From: an uncultured delta proteobacterium
Lineage (GTDB): Bacteria > Myxococcota_A > Polyangia > Polyangiales > JAFGIB01
Assembly: GCA_963778655.1 (NCBI GenBank)
Contig: CAVZVA010000009.1
Span: forward strand, 608,001 to 672,000
Reading direction: 5' to 3'
DNA length: 64,000 nucleotides
The notes under the pieces were generated by a model. That model worked only from the letters and a program-made list of their open reading frames with translations, was not told the origin of the DNA and made no database searches. The stretch's first letter is position 1. Every line of letters begins with the position of its first letter. Shown here one piece after another: positions 49,170 to 57,636 of the stretch. Position numbers and translations under genes: made by a program.

Positions 49170-52100
49170 CTACGCCACCGCGGCCGCGAAGCTCGCGAAT
49201 AGGTCGCCGGGGAGGGGGTGTTCGAGGTGCCAGGTGATGGCCATGGGCTTTTCGCCTCGGTGGTCGACGTAGGTGGCGGGGCCGAGGAACCAGAAGGCGC
49301 GGTCGTCGTTGCGTAGGCGGGCGAAGAGCATGATCGACGAGCCTTGCTTGGCGTGCTGCTGGTAGCGCTGCCCGGTCTCGCTTTCGGCTCGGACCACCGA
49401 TTGGCTCTCCCAGTGGATCAGGTCTCTGCTGATCGCGTAGTCGCGATAGCGGGTGGTGGGCGAGAAGGCGCCGCTGGTCTTGTCCAGGGTGAACGCCAAC
49501 AGATCGGTGGGTACGTCCGGAAGGTAGCGGACCCCGGTCTGCCAGGCCGCGACCTTGGCGCCTTCGCCGACGTCGAAGGCCGCCAGGATTTCGATGCGCG
49601 TGTAGCGGCTGTGAACCTGCAACGGGACCTCGGGATGGGCGGTGAGCGGGGTGTGAATGTGGTCGACGCGGCGTCCGAGCAGCTCGAGCAATGCCTGCAG
49701 CTCGGAGCGGATGTTGGGGTGCTGCCAGATCATCGCGAGCGCGTCGCCGAGCGACGTGCCTTTGTCCAGCACTTCGCGGCTGGCAAGCGAAGCGACGAGC
49801 ATGCGCGCCAAGCGCCGCCGGCGATCGCGGAGCGCCGTGGGGTCGGGCGCTGTCGCTGAGCTGAGCAGCTCGCGATAGGCATCGATGCGCTCCATGTCGT
49901 CCACGTGCAGGAGGCGGCCGATCGCGCGCCGCAGCCGGCCCTCGTGCGGTCCCGACGGTGAGACCCGAACGCCCGCCCGCTCGCACAGATCGGTAAAGCA
50001 GTGGCCGGTAGTGGCGGGGTAGATGTCCTCGAGATCCAGCCCCGATTCGTCGAGATAGTTGCCCAGCGTAGGCTCGATTCCGGCCGCGATCTGGCGTCGG
50101 AGTTCCTCGACCTTGGCTGTCAGGTCGGAGGGGATCGCGCTTCGAATGCTCTCGAGGACGATCTCCGACGCGACCCGATCGAGCTCCATGTGGCAGCCGG
50201 CGGGAAGTAACGGGAAGTCGGCCTTGACCTGTTCCTCGAGCTCGCGGCGAGAGCAGCGCAGTAGCCCCATGAACTTGCGGTCGAAGCGGAAGTCTTTGTG
50301 CTGGTGGCCCACGAAGTCGAGCACCGTGCACATGAGCTTGCCCTGCGTGCGGCGGAGGCCGCGGCCGAGCTGTTGCAAGAAGAGCGTGGCGCTCTCGGTG
50401 GGGCGGAGCATGAGCAGGGTGTCCACGGCCGGTACATCGAGCCCCTCGTTGAACAAGTCCACGGAGAACAGGACCTGGATTGAACCGGCTGCAAGGTCCG
50501 AGAGTGCCTTGCGGCGCTCGTCCGGCGGGCTGTCACCCCACACGGCACGAGCCGCGATGCCCGCGCGCGAGAAGACGCGCGCCATGAAGCGGGCGTGATC
50601 AACGCTCACGCAGAAGCCGAGGGCACGGATGTTGTGCACGTCATCGACGTGCTGCTCGAGGAGTCGAATCACCTGGCGTGCGGCCACATCATTGCCGGTG
50701 AGCAGGTTCGTGAGCGCGCCGACGTCGTATCCCCGGCCGCGCTTCCAGGGAATCTGGCTGAGGTCGAGTCCGTCGTGAAGCCCGTAGTAGCTGAACGGAC
50801 ACAGACGGTGCTGGTCGATCGCGTCCCACAGTCGAAGCTCTGCGGCGATTCGGTTGTCGAAATACGCCAGTACGTCGAGCCCGTCGCTGCGCTCCGGGGT
50901 TGCGGTGAGGCCGAGGAGTTCCTTCGGGCGCACGTGCTCCAGCAGCGAGCGGTACGTTGGCGCGGTCGCGTGGTGGAACTCGTCGACGATCACCGTCTCG
51001 AAGCGCTGCGGATCGAGGTGCTGTAGGCCCGTGGACGCGAGGCTCTGGATGGATGCGAAGACATGTTCGAAGTCGCTCGGGCGTCTGCCTTCGACCCACA
51101 GCTCGCCGAAATTTGGATCACGGAGCGCTTGTCTGAACGTTGCGAGCGACTGCTTGAGGATCTCGCCGCGGTGCGCCACGAACAGCAGCCGGGGCCGCGC
51201 TGAGCCGGTGCACATCCGGGCGTAGTCGATGGCCGCCATGACGGTCTTCCCGGTGCCCGTGGCGGCGACCAGAAGGTTGCGGTGATGCCCTTGGGCGCGC
51301 GCGACGGCGATGCACTCGAGCAGGCGCTCCTGAAAGGGCTCCGGGCGAACCTCGAGCAGGCTGAGGACGGTGATGGGTCCCGGGGTCGTGCCGCGCCGAG
51401 CTTCTTCGGCAAAGCGCTCGACTTCGAAGGGCACGAAATCGCCACTATTCCAGTAGCTCTCGAAGACCGCGGTGATCTTGTCGACCACGTCGCCGTTGCG
51501 CGCACCCGACACACGCACGTTCCACTCGAGACCCGTGACTTGCGCAGAGTGCGTGAGATTGGACGAGCCCACGTAGGCGGTCGAGAAGCCGCCGGGCCGG
51601 TGGAACACCCAGGCCTTGGCATGGAGGCGGGTGGTGCTCGTGTCGTAGGACACTCGGATCTCGGCGCCGGCATCCCGCAACATGGTCAGTGCTTCCAGCT
51701 CGGTGGAGCCGGTGTAGGTCGTGGTTAGAAAGCGCACCAGGCGAGCCTTCGAGGTGTGTCGCTGAATCATCGGCATGAGCGGCCTGATCCCCAATCGACG
51801 GACGAAGGCCATGATGACGTCGATCTGACTCGCCGAAGCGAACTCCGACACGAGCTGCTTGCCGACGCCGGGTTCGTCGGGCGCGTTGGTGAGCAGGGTG
51901 GTGTCCAGCAGCGGCGTCCTCGGCGCTTCGATGGCATCCGGCGTGCCATCGGGACGAAAGCCGGCGATCTGGGCCAGGACGTCGCCCGATGTCACGGGAC
52001 GCTCGAGCCCAAACTCCTCTTGGGCCATGAGCTGGTTGATCCGATCCACGAGCTCTCGCGCAAGCTCGACGGCCGTGGCGACCCGCTCGCGGTCGCCGAC

Positions 52101-52271
52101 CATCGCAAGCGCGCGCTCGATGACCTTGGCGACGTGCATGGCCACCCGGTCCCCGGCTTCGGCCGGGCGCAGGGTGCGAGTGTGTGCTCTCAGGTCCTGG
52201 CGCAGGCGTTCAATCTCACCGAGCAGCTCCTCGGTGATGAGCGTTTCGTAGAGGCCGCGCTCCAGGGTCAC
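49170..52271 (-). CDS. PLD-nuclease + SF2 helicase + DUF3427 protein
   Basis: LHAKAW...GSSNLT...EWN, ATGTGKT, DEFHH, LTATPER, QQLGRGLR, YRDYAIS..LIHWESQ. Confidence 0.92.
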   Translation of the reverse strand: MTLERGLYETLITEELLGEIERLRQDLRAHTRTLRPAEAGDRVAMHVAKVIERALAMVGDRERVATAVELARELVDRINQLMAQEEFGLERPVTSGDVLAQIAGFRPDGTPDAIEAPRTPLLDTTLLTNAPDEPGVGKQLVSEFASASQIDVIMAFVRRLGIRPLMPMIQRHTSKARLVRFLTTTYTGSTELEALTMLRDAGAEIRVSYDTSTTRLHAKAWVFHRPGGFSTAYVGSSNLTHSAQVTGLEWNVRVSGARNGDVVDKITAVFESYWNSGDFVPFEVERFAEEARRGTTPGPITVLSLLEVRPEPFQERLLECIAVARAQGHHRNLLVAATGTGKTVMAAIDYARMCTGSARPRLLFVAHRGEILKQSLATFRQALRDPNFGELWVEGRRPSDFEHVFASIQSLASTGLQHLDPQRFETVIVDEFHHATAPTYRSLLEHVRPKELLGLTATPERSDGLDVLAYFDNRIAAELRLWDAIDQHRLCPFSYYGLHDGLDLSQIPWKRGRGYDVGALTNLLTGNDVAARQVIRLLEQHVDDVHNIRALGFCVSVDHARFMARVFSRAGIAARAVWGDSPPDERRKALSDLAAGSIQVLFSVDLFNEGLDVPAVDTLLMLRPTESATLFLQQLGRGLRRTQGKLMCTVLDFVGHQHKDFRFDRKFMGLLRCSRRELEEQVKADFPLLPAGCHMELDRVASEIVLESIRSAIPSDLTAKVEELRRQIAAGIEPTLGNYLDESGLDLEDIYPATTGHCFTDLCERAGVRVSPSGPHEGRLRRAIGRLLHVDDMERIDAYRELLSSATAPDPTALRDRRRRLARMLVASLASREVLDKGTSLGDALAMIWQHPNIRSELQALLELLGRRVDHIHTPLTAHPEVPLQVHSRYTRIEILAAFDVGEGAKVAAWQTGVRYLPDVPTDLLAFTLDKTSGAFSPTTRYRDYAISRDLIHWESQSVVRAESETGQRYQQHAKQGSSIMLFARLRNDDRAFWFLGPATYVDHRGEKPMAITWHLEHPLPGDLFASFAAAVA

Positions 52272-52339
52272 GCGGCAATCGTACATGAAGAGCCCGAAAC
52301 GGAGCTCCCAAACGAGACGAGCGCGTGTAGCGTCGCAGC

Positions 52340-52567
52340 ATGACAAGCGAGTTGGATGTCGCGATTCGAGACGCGCTGGGCGAGCTGGCCGGTGCTGGGC
52401 TGGGTATCGAAGCCGTGTTTGGCGAGCGCTCGACCCCGCCCGAGAGTCTGACGCCGGCGGCGGCCTATGCCGCTGGGATCATCGATGGGGCCGGCATAGC
52501 GCTTGGACTTACGGCTCTCGAGTTGCTCGACGAGCTTGGGCTTCTGCCGGCGTCGTTTCCAGCGTAG
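52340..52567 (+). CDS. Small hypothetical protein
   Basis: 75-aa helical, acidic ORF in an otherwise free gap. Confidence 0.5.
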   Translation: MTSELDVAIRDALGELAGAGLGIEAVFGERSTPPESLTPAAAYAAGIIDGAGIALGLTALELLDELGLLPASFPA

Positions 52568-52808
52568 CGGAAAGGACCGAGAATCGTTGCGATCACGGCA
52601 CTCCGATCGCGGACGCAACAGCGGCAGCGGCCGGCCGACAACACGGGCATGTTCCGGCTACGCGTGCTTGCGTCCGGCGGCGCGGTGCTGAGCTGCGGCG
52701 GGCACGACAGGCGCATTGGGCTTGGAGGAACCGCCGAAGCGAAGGGCACGGGCGCCGACCTCGGCGGGCCGGCAGGGATTCGCAGCATTGACAGGGCAGG
52801 CCTCGTTG

Positions 52809-52826
52809 GACAACCTATAGGTTGTC
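52809..52826. promoter_or_regulatory. Perfect 18-bp palindrome, probable hicAB operator
   Basis: GACAACCTATAGGTTGTC, 10 nt before hicA. TTGACA at 52788. Confidence 0.7.
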
Positions 52827-52836
52827 GGACGGGGCC

Positions 52837-53025
52837 ATGCCCTCGGCCGACGTGATCCGGGTCCTGAAGGCGGATGGGTGGGAGCTTGCGCGGGTCAAGG
52901 GGTCTCACCATCACTTCAGGCACGCGACCAAGAAGGGAATTGTCACGGTGCCGCATCCCAAGAAGGACATCCCGATCGGGACGTTGCGGAGCGTCGAGCG
53001 GCAGGCGCGGGTCCGGCTGACGTGA
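52837..53025 (+). CDS. hicA: HicA toxin
   Basis: DGW...RVKGSHHHFRH....G.VTVPHPKKDIPIGTL. Confidence 0.93.
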   Translation: MPSADVIRVLKADGWELARVKGSHHHFRHATKKGIVTVPHPKKDIPIGTLRSVERQARVRLT

Positions 53026-53036
53026 AGGAGGTGGGC

Positions 53037-53471
53037 ATGCACTACGCCGCATACGTCCATCGAGAGGGGAAGCGCTGGCTGGCGGAGTTTCCTGACGCGC
53101 CGGGGTGCCAGACGTTTGCCGGCTCGGAGGCGAGGCTGCGGGGTGCGGCGAAGGAGGCGCTCGAGGGGTGGCTGGAGACGCATCTTTTGGGCGGGGAGGC
53201 GCCGGAGCGGCCGCGGGTGCGGCGGCGTGCGCCGGGCGGACGGAAGCTGGTGCGCGTGCATGTCGATCCGCTGCTGGCAACAGCCGTGCATCTGCGCTGG
53301 GCGCGTCAGGACGCGGGGCTGTCGCAGGCGCAGCTCGCGAAGCGGGTGGGCGTATCGCAGCAGCAGATCGCCAAGCTCGAGAATCCGGACGAAAACCCGA
53401 CGCTGCGCACGCTCGACAAGGTGGTCAAGGCGCTCGGCTTGGAGCTGGAGATCTCGATCTCGGCGGCGTAG
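53037..53471 (+). CDS. hicB: HicB antitoxin with XRE HTH
   Basis: EFPDAPGCQTF...AKEAL, GLSQAQLAKRVGVSQQQIAKLE. Confidence 0.9.
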   Translation: MHYAAYVHREGKRWLAEFPDAPGCQTFAGSEARLRGAAKEALEGWLETHLLGGEAPERPRVRRRAPGGRKLVRVHVDPLLATAVHLRWARQDAGLSQAQLAKRVGVSQQQIAKLENPDENPTLRTLDKVVKALGLELEISISAA

Positions 53472-53918
53472 CGGCGCTCAACCCGGGTGGCGGGCCTACA
53501 CCCGCTGCGGCCACCGGCCGGGCTGACCAGCGCTTCGTTCAAGCAAAAACCCTCGGCGAAGCAGGAGCTGCGGTCAGCAGCGGTCGCGCTACAGGCCGGC
53601 GTCCTTCATCTGCTTGCGCTTCTTCGACCAGACGCGCAGGAAGCCGACGGCGACCGCGAGCAGGGGCAACAGGATCAGTGCGGCCTGGACGCCGTGTAGA
53701 TCGGCGGGCACGCCGAGATCGTTCAACAGCGGAACGACGTGCTGCCTCAACCAGGCACTGAGCTCTCTCACCGGGCTCTCCGCATGGGTGGGTGCAGTCT
53801 AGCAGTCCACGATCGCGGCTGCGAGCTGGGTTGGTCGCCCGAGTCGGCGCTGGTCTTTTCGCGCAACCCGGCCGCGGCCCGGTCGATACCCAAGGCACGA
53901 CTACCAAGGAGGTGCGAC

Positions 53919-54719
53919 GTGCTCATCATCGAGGATCCGCGGGGCCGGGTCCAAGCGCTGGACGATCCTGACCCGTGTTGGCTGCATTGCAGCCTGTGCA
54001 TGCGGTTCTTTCAGTACCGGGATGCGAAGCCGTCCTACTCTGACGAGCGCGAGGGCTGCCCCTTTGCGGACTGCAATGGGGTCGGGCTGGGCTTCGAGAT
54101 CTTCGTGTGGGACGACCTGCGCGAGCCCGACGACCCACGCTGGCCGAGCCGGCCCGAGGAGCTCAGCTACGGGTTGCGCGCGCCCGACGCCGGCGAATTC
54201 TACGGCGGACGCCGCGCGCGCCTGATCGCGGAGTTCGCGCGCTCGCCCGAGTGGCGCGCGCTCCAGCTCGATGGCGACCCACGCTACGTTGGCGGGCTGT
54301 GCAACATGCTCTCGGACGGCGACTACGATCTCGGCGACTGTCGCTGCGAAGGCGCCGAGCTCTGGGATCTGGAGTCGCTGCGCGGCCTGGCGCTGTACTG
54401 CCGTAGCAGCGACGTCGGCGCAGTCCCGGCGATGGTCGCCGAGCTGCGCGCGTTCGCGGCCTTCGGGATGCGCGCGCGGGCGATTCCCGAGCCCGAGGCC
54501 TGGCTCGAGCTGATGTCGGACGACGCCCTGGAGCAGACGTTGCGAGAGGACGTGCAACGTCGCGCGCAGGGCGCGCGGGGCGTGCAGCGCGCGCAGGACG
54601 CGCAGGGCGCGCAAGGGCACGCGGTCCGGCGCGCGGCGCCGCGCGACCTGAAACGGCACAAGAGGCAAGCACGCCGCAGGCAGCGGCGCGCCCGCCGCGC
54701 CAACCGCGGACGGAGCTAA
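53919..54719 (+). CDS. Hypothetical protein with N-terminal Cys cluster and Arg-rich tail
   Basis: AAGGAGG RBS + GTG, CWLHCSLC...CPFADC, ends RRARRANRGRS. Confidence 0.65.
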   Translation: MLIIEDPRGRVQALDDPDPCWLHCSLCMRFFQYRDAKPSYSDEREGCPFADCNGVGLGFEIFVWDDLREPDDPRWPSRPEELSYGLRAPDAGEFYGGRRARLIAEFARSPEWRALQLDGDPRYVGGLCNMLSDGDYDLGDCRCEGAELWDLESLRGLALYCRSSDVGAVPAMVAELRAFAAFGMRARAIPEPEAWLELMSDDALEQTLREDVQRRAQGARGVQRAQDAQGAQGHAVRRAAPRDLKRHKRQARRRQRRARRANRGRS

Positions 54720-54831
54720 CGCGCGCGTCGCCATGGCGGCCTACGGCAGCCGACGAGCGGTGCCCAAATGGTGCCGACGCCTGCGCAAACTAAGCCATTG
54801 ACTTAGTCCGCCAATGACGCACGATTCAGTA

Positions 54832-55122
54832 TTGAGGTTCGAGTGGGATGACGCCAAGAACGTCGCGAATCAGGAAGAGCACGGCGTCTCCTTCGAGGAG
54901 GCAAGCGAGCTGTTCTCCAGCGGCGAGGACTACCTCGAGATCTTCGACGCGGACCACTCGAACGCGGAGGACCGCTTCATCGCGATCGGCCCGATCACGC
55001 GCGGCGTCGTGCTCGTCGTGTGGACCGAGCGCGACGAGGATGTCGTCCGCATCGTCAGCGCCCGCTGGGTCACCAAGCGCGAGCGGGCCAGGTACATCGA
55101 GCACATGGAGCGCGTGAAATGA
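54832..55122 (+). CDS. brnT: BrnT-family toxin
   Basis: RFEWDDAKN..N...HGVSFEEA...EDRFIAIG...RIVSAR. TTG start assumed. Confidence 0.9.
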   Translation: MRFEWDDAKNVANQEEHGVSFEEASELFSSGEDYLEIFDADHSNAEDRFIAIGPITRGVVLVVWTERDEDVVRIVSARWVTKRERARYIEHMERVK

Positions 55123-55412
55123 GTGACGAGATCCCCGAGCTCACCGACGATGACTTCGCCAGCGCGATCCCGGCCCGCCTGCGGCGCCGGCTGATGCGCG
55201 GGAAGCTCGAGTCCGGCGCGGACATCGCGGCGCTGAGGCAATTCGTGCGCCTTTCGCAGACGCAATTCGCCAAGGCGATGGGCATCAGCGTCCACACCTT
55301 GCGGAACTGGGAACAGGACCGGCGCAAGCCCGAGGGTCCCGCGCTGGCGCTCCTGCGAATCGCCGCGCGTCATCCGCGGATCCTGCGCGAGAACCTGAAG
55401 ACGGCGGCGTAG
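55119..55412 (+). CDS. XRE-HTH antitoxin
   Basis: LSQTQFAKAMGISVHTLRNWEQDRRKP. 4-bp overlap with brnT. Confidence 0.85.
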   Translation: MSDEIPELTDDDFASAIPARLRRRLMRGKLESGADIAALRQFVRLSQTQFAKAMGISVHTLRNWEQDRRKPEGPALALLRIAARHPRILRENLKTAA

Positions 55413-55459
55413 GTGCTCTAGAATCTAGGCGCCATGCCGTTGCTGGCGACGTGGTGGAA

Positions 55460-56263
55460 TCACACCTGCCGCGCCCAGCCGCCCGCCACCAGCTCTTCAT
55501 TGAGGTAGAAGCCCTCTGCGAAGCACGCGTCGATGCCGATCTTGCGCGGGCTGTAGAAGACGTGGCCGACGTATCTGCCGTGGATGTCGTACTTGCGGGT
55601 TTGCACCACGACGGTTTGGGCGGGGAGGAGGCGGAAGGCGACGAAGTCGCGGGCGGCGCGGCCTTGGGGCGTGGCGAGGTCGGGGGCGTCGAGGGCGGCG
55701 AGGCGGATGCGCTGCAGGTGGCTGATGTGGAAGCCGAGGTCGAGCTGGAGGTCGAGGGTGTCGGCGTCGACGATGTTGTGGACGCTGCCGGCGTAGAGGT
55801 AGCTGGGGGAGGTGGGGCGGGGGAGCTGGGTGGCGGCGTTGGGATCGCGCGAGGTCTCGACCTGGATCAAGGCGGCGAGCTCGCGGGCCGCGAGGTGGCG
55901 CTCGATGGCGAGCCGCGCGTAGTGGGCGCGGAGCTCCGCGGGCAGCGCGAGCAGCAGGATGTAGTGGGACCAGCGCAAGGGCGTGTTGGCGGCGGGGCGT
56001 TTGGGGTAGGCGGCGTGGAAGACGAGCGCGCGCTGCAGCGTGCGCAGCGCGAGGTCGGTGTCGCGCGAGAGGTCGCGCAGCACGGAGTTGTGGTAGCCGG
56101 CGTTGTGCGCGAGCCGCTCGCGCGCGATGCGCGCGCCCATGCGCCAGTACATCTGCACCCGCTGGCCGGCGGCTGCCGAGTCGGTGCGGTCGACGAGGCG
56201 CACGACGTCGTCGCGCAGGGCGGCGTAGCGCTGGGTGGTGAGGGGCTTCTTGGACGTGGGCAT
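55460..56263 (-). CDS. DUF1016_N (YhcG-N)-like + thermonuclease fusion
   Basis: YWRMGARI...LSRD...LRWSHY.LL...YA, then IVDADTL...IRLAALDAP...DIHGRYVG...LNEELV..GWA. Confidence 0.8.
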   Translation of the reverse strand: MPTSKKPLTTQRYAALRDDVVRLVDRTDSAAAGQRVQMYWRMGARIARERLAHNAGYHNSVLRDLSRDTDLALRTLQRALVFHAAYPKRPAANTPLRWSHYILLLALPAELRAHYARLAIERHLAARELAALIQVETSRDPNAATQLPRPTSPSYLYAGSVHNIVDADTLDLQLDLGFHISHLQRIRLAALDAPDLATPQGRAARDFVAFRLLPAQTVVVQTRKYDIHGRYVGHVFYSPRKIGIDACFAEGFYLNEELVAGGWARQV

Positions 56264-56525
56264 GGACGAGGTCGGAGCACGGGGCTGGCGCGGGGCACGC
56301 GCGCCCGCGCGGGTGGCGCTCGGGAGCGCGCCGGGCTCGGGGATGCACCGCACTGGCGCGCACGGCGCGGGCGGTGCACCATCAAAGGACAGATTCGGGG
56401 GGAGGGGCGATCTCGTCAACGGTTGACGAGATTAAATCGCGGGAGCGTACCGCTGCGGGAGGCGGGCGAAGACCTCCCAGCCCGCGACCACGAAGAACGT
56501 GGCGCGATGCGGGCAGGAGGGGAGT

Positions 56526-56884
56526 TGGTGGAGGCGGCGGGAGTCGAACCCGCGTCCGGAAGAGATCGGCGGTGGCGTCTACGTACGTATTCCGTGATTT
56601 GTATCGCGGTGGATTGCGCCCACGGACAGGCTCGCTCCATCGCCAGTGATCCTGTGTCTTCGCCCGCCTATCGGATCACGAACAGGAGGCTAGCCAGTTC
56701 AATCACGCCTCGTCCGCAGAGCACTGGCGAGCTCTACGGGGAGACGGCTTCTTTGGCTTATTAGGCCGCGAAAGCGACTGCGTTGTTGTTGGCAGTTGTT
56801 GTTCCCAGAGGTATTTGCGTCGTCTCAGGGCCGACGTGCACGCAACCAACGCGTCAGCACCCCCGTCGAAACCGGTACGCCCCC
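56526..56884 (-). ncRNA. ssrA: tmRNA, tag peptide ANNNAVAFAA
   Basis: 5' GGGGGCGTACCGGTTTCGAC, 3' GACGCGGGTTCGACTCCCGCCGCCTCCACCA. Tag frame 56793-56761 with tandem TAA. Confidence 0.97.
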
Positions 56885-56990
56885 ATGGCGACCTTACGTT
56901 CAAGCATAAGTCGGAAATGCGCCCCGACAAGGAGGAAATCGGCTCGGCGCCCTGGCGGGGTGGGCGGGCATCCGCTACACAATTCGGCGT

Positions 56991-57593
56991 ATGTCGGATT
57001 GTCCCGGCCTGCCCAACAAGAACGAGGTCGCGCGCGCGCTGCTGCTCAAGGGCACCGTGTTCGTGCACCTCGATCCCCGCGTGAAGGGGGCGTTGGTGCC
57101 GGCGTGGTTGCGCGACCGCCCGCAGCTGGTGTTGCAGATCGGGCTGGACATGCCGTTGCCGATTCCCGACCTGCGTCTCGATGACGCGGGCCTGCACGGG
57201 ACGCTCTCATTCAACCGCGCGGCGTTCACCTGCTCGGTGCCGTGGGATGCGGTGTTCGCGCTGGTTGGCGACGACGGCAAAGGCATGGTCTGGCCCGCCA
57301 GCATGCCCGCGGAGATCGCCGCCGAGGTCGAGCGCGAGGCGCGCCGCGCGCGGCTCGCGGAGATCGAGGCCGGCGCGATCGAAGAGGTGCAGCAGGCGCA
57401 GCGCCCGCGCCGCCGCCGGCGCGCAGCCTCGCACGAGCCCAAGGGGTCGCCCGCGGCGGCCGCGGCGCGCAGCCCGCGCGCGGCCGGGCGCACGCCGCCC
57501 AGCCTCGAGCTGATCGCCGGCGACGGCTCAGGTAGCGGCGCGCCGTCGAGCGAGCGCCGCGCTTCGGCGTCGCACCTGCGCCTGGTGAAGTAG
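56991..57593 (+). CDS. sspB: SspB-like ClpXP adaptor
   Basis: GTLSFN....CSVPWDAVFAL and C-terminal HLRLVK (ClpX-binding-like). Confidence 0.85.
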   Translation: MSDCPGLPNKNEVARALLLKGTVFVHLDPRVKGALVPAWLRDRPQLVLQIGLDMPLPIPDLRLDDAGLHGTLSFNRAAFTCSVPWDAVFALVGDDGKGMVWPASMPAEIAAEVEREARRARLAEIEAGAIEEVQQAQRPRRRRRAASHEPKGSPAAAAARSPRAAGRTPPSLELIAGDGSGSGAPSSERRASASHLRLVK

Positions 57594-57636
57594 CCGCGGC
57601 GCCCCGCCCCGCCTGGGGTCGCGCCCGGCGCTACGG

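Noticed and set aside
17374..56526. Single intact integrative element or prophage at tmRNA
   Set aside because: No integrase, phage or conjugation genes, and I found no duplicated ssrA 3' end in the window.
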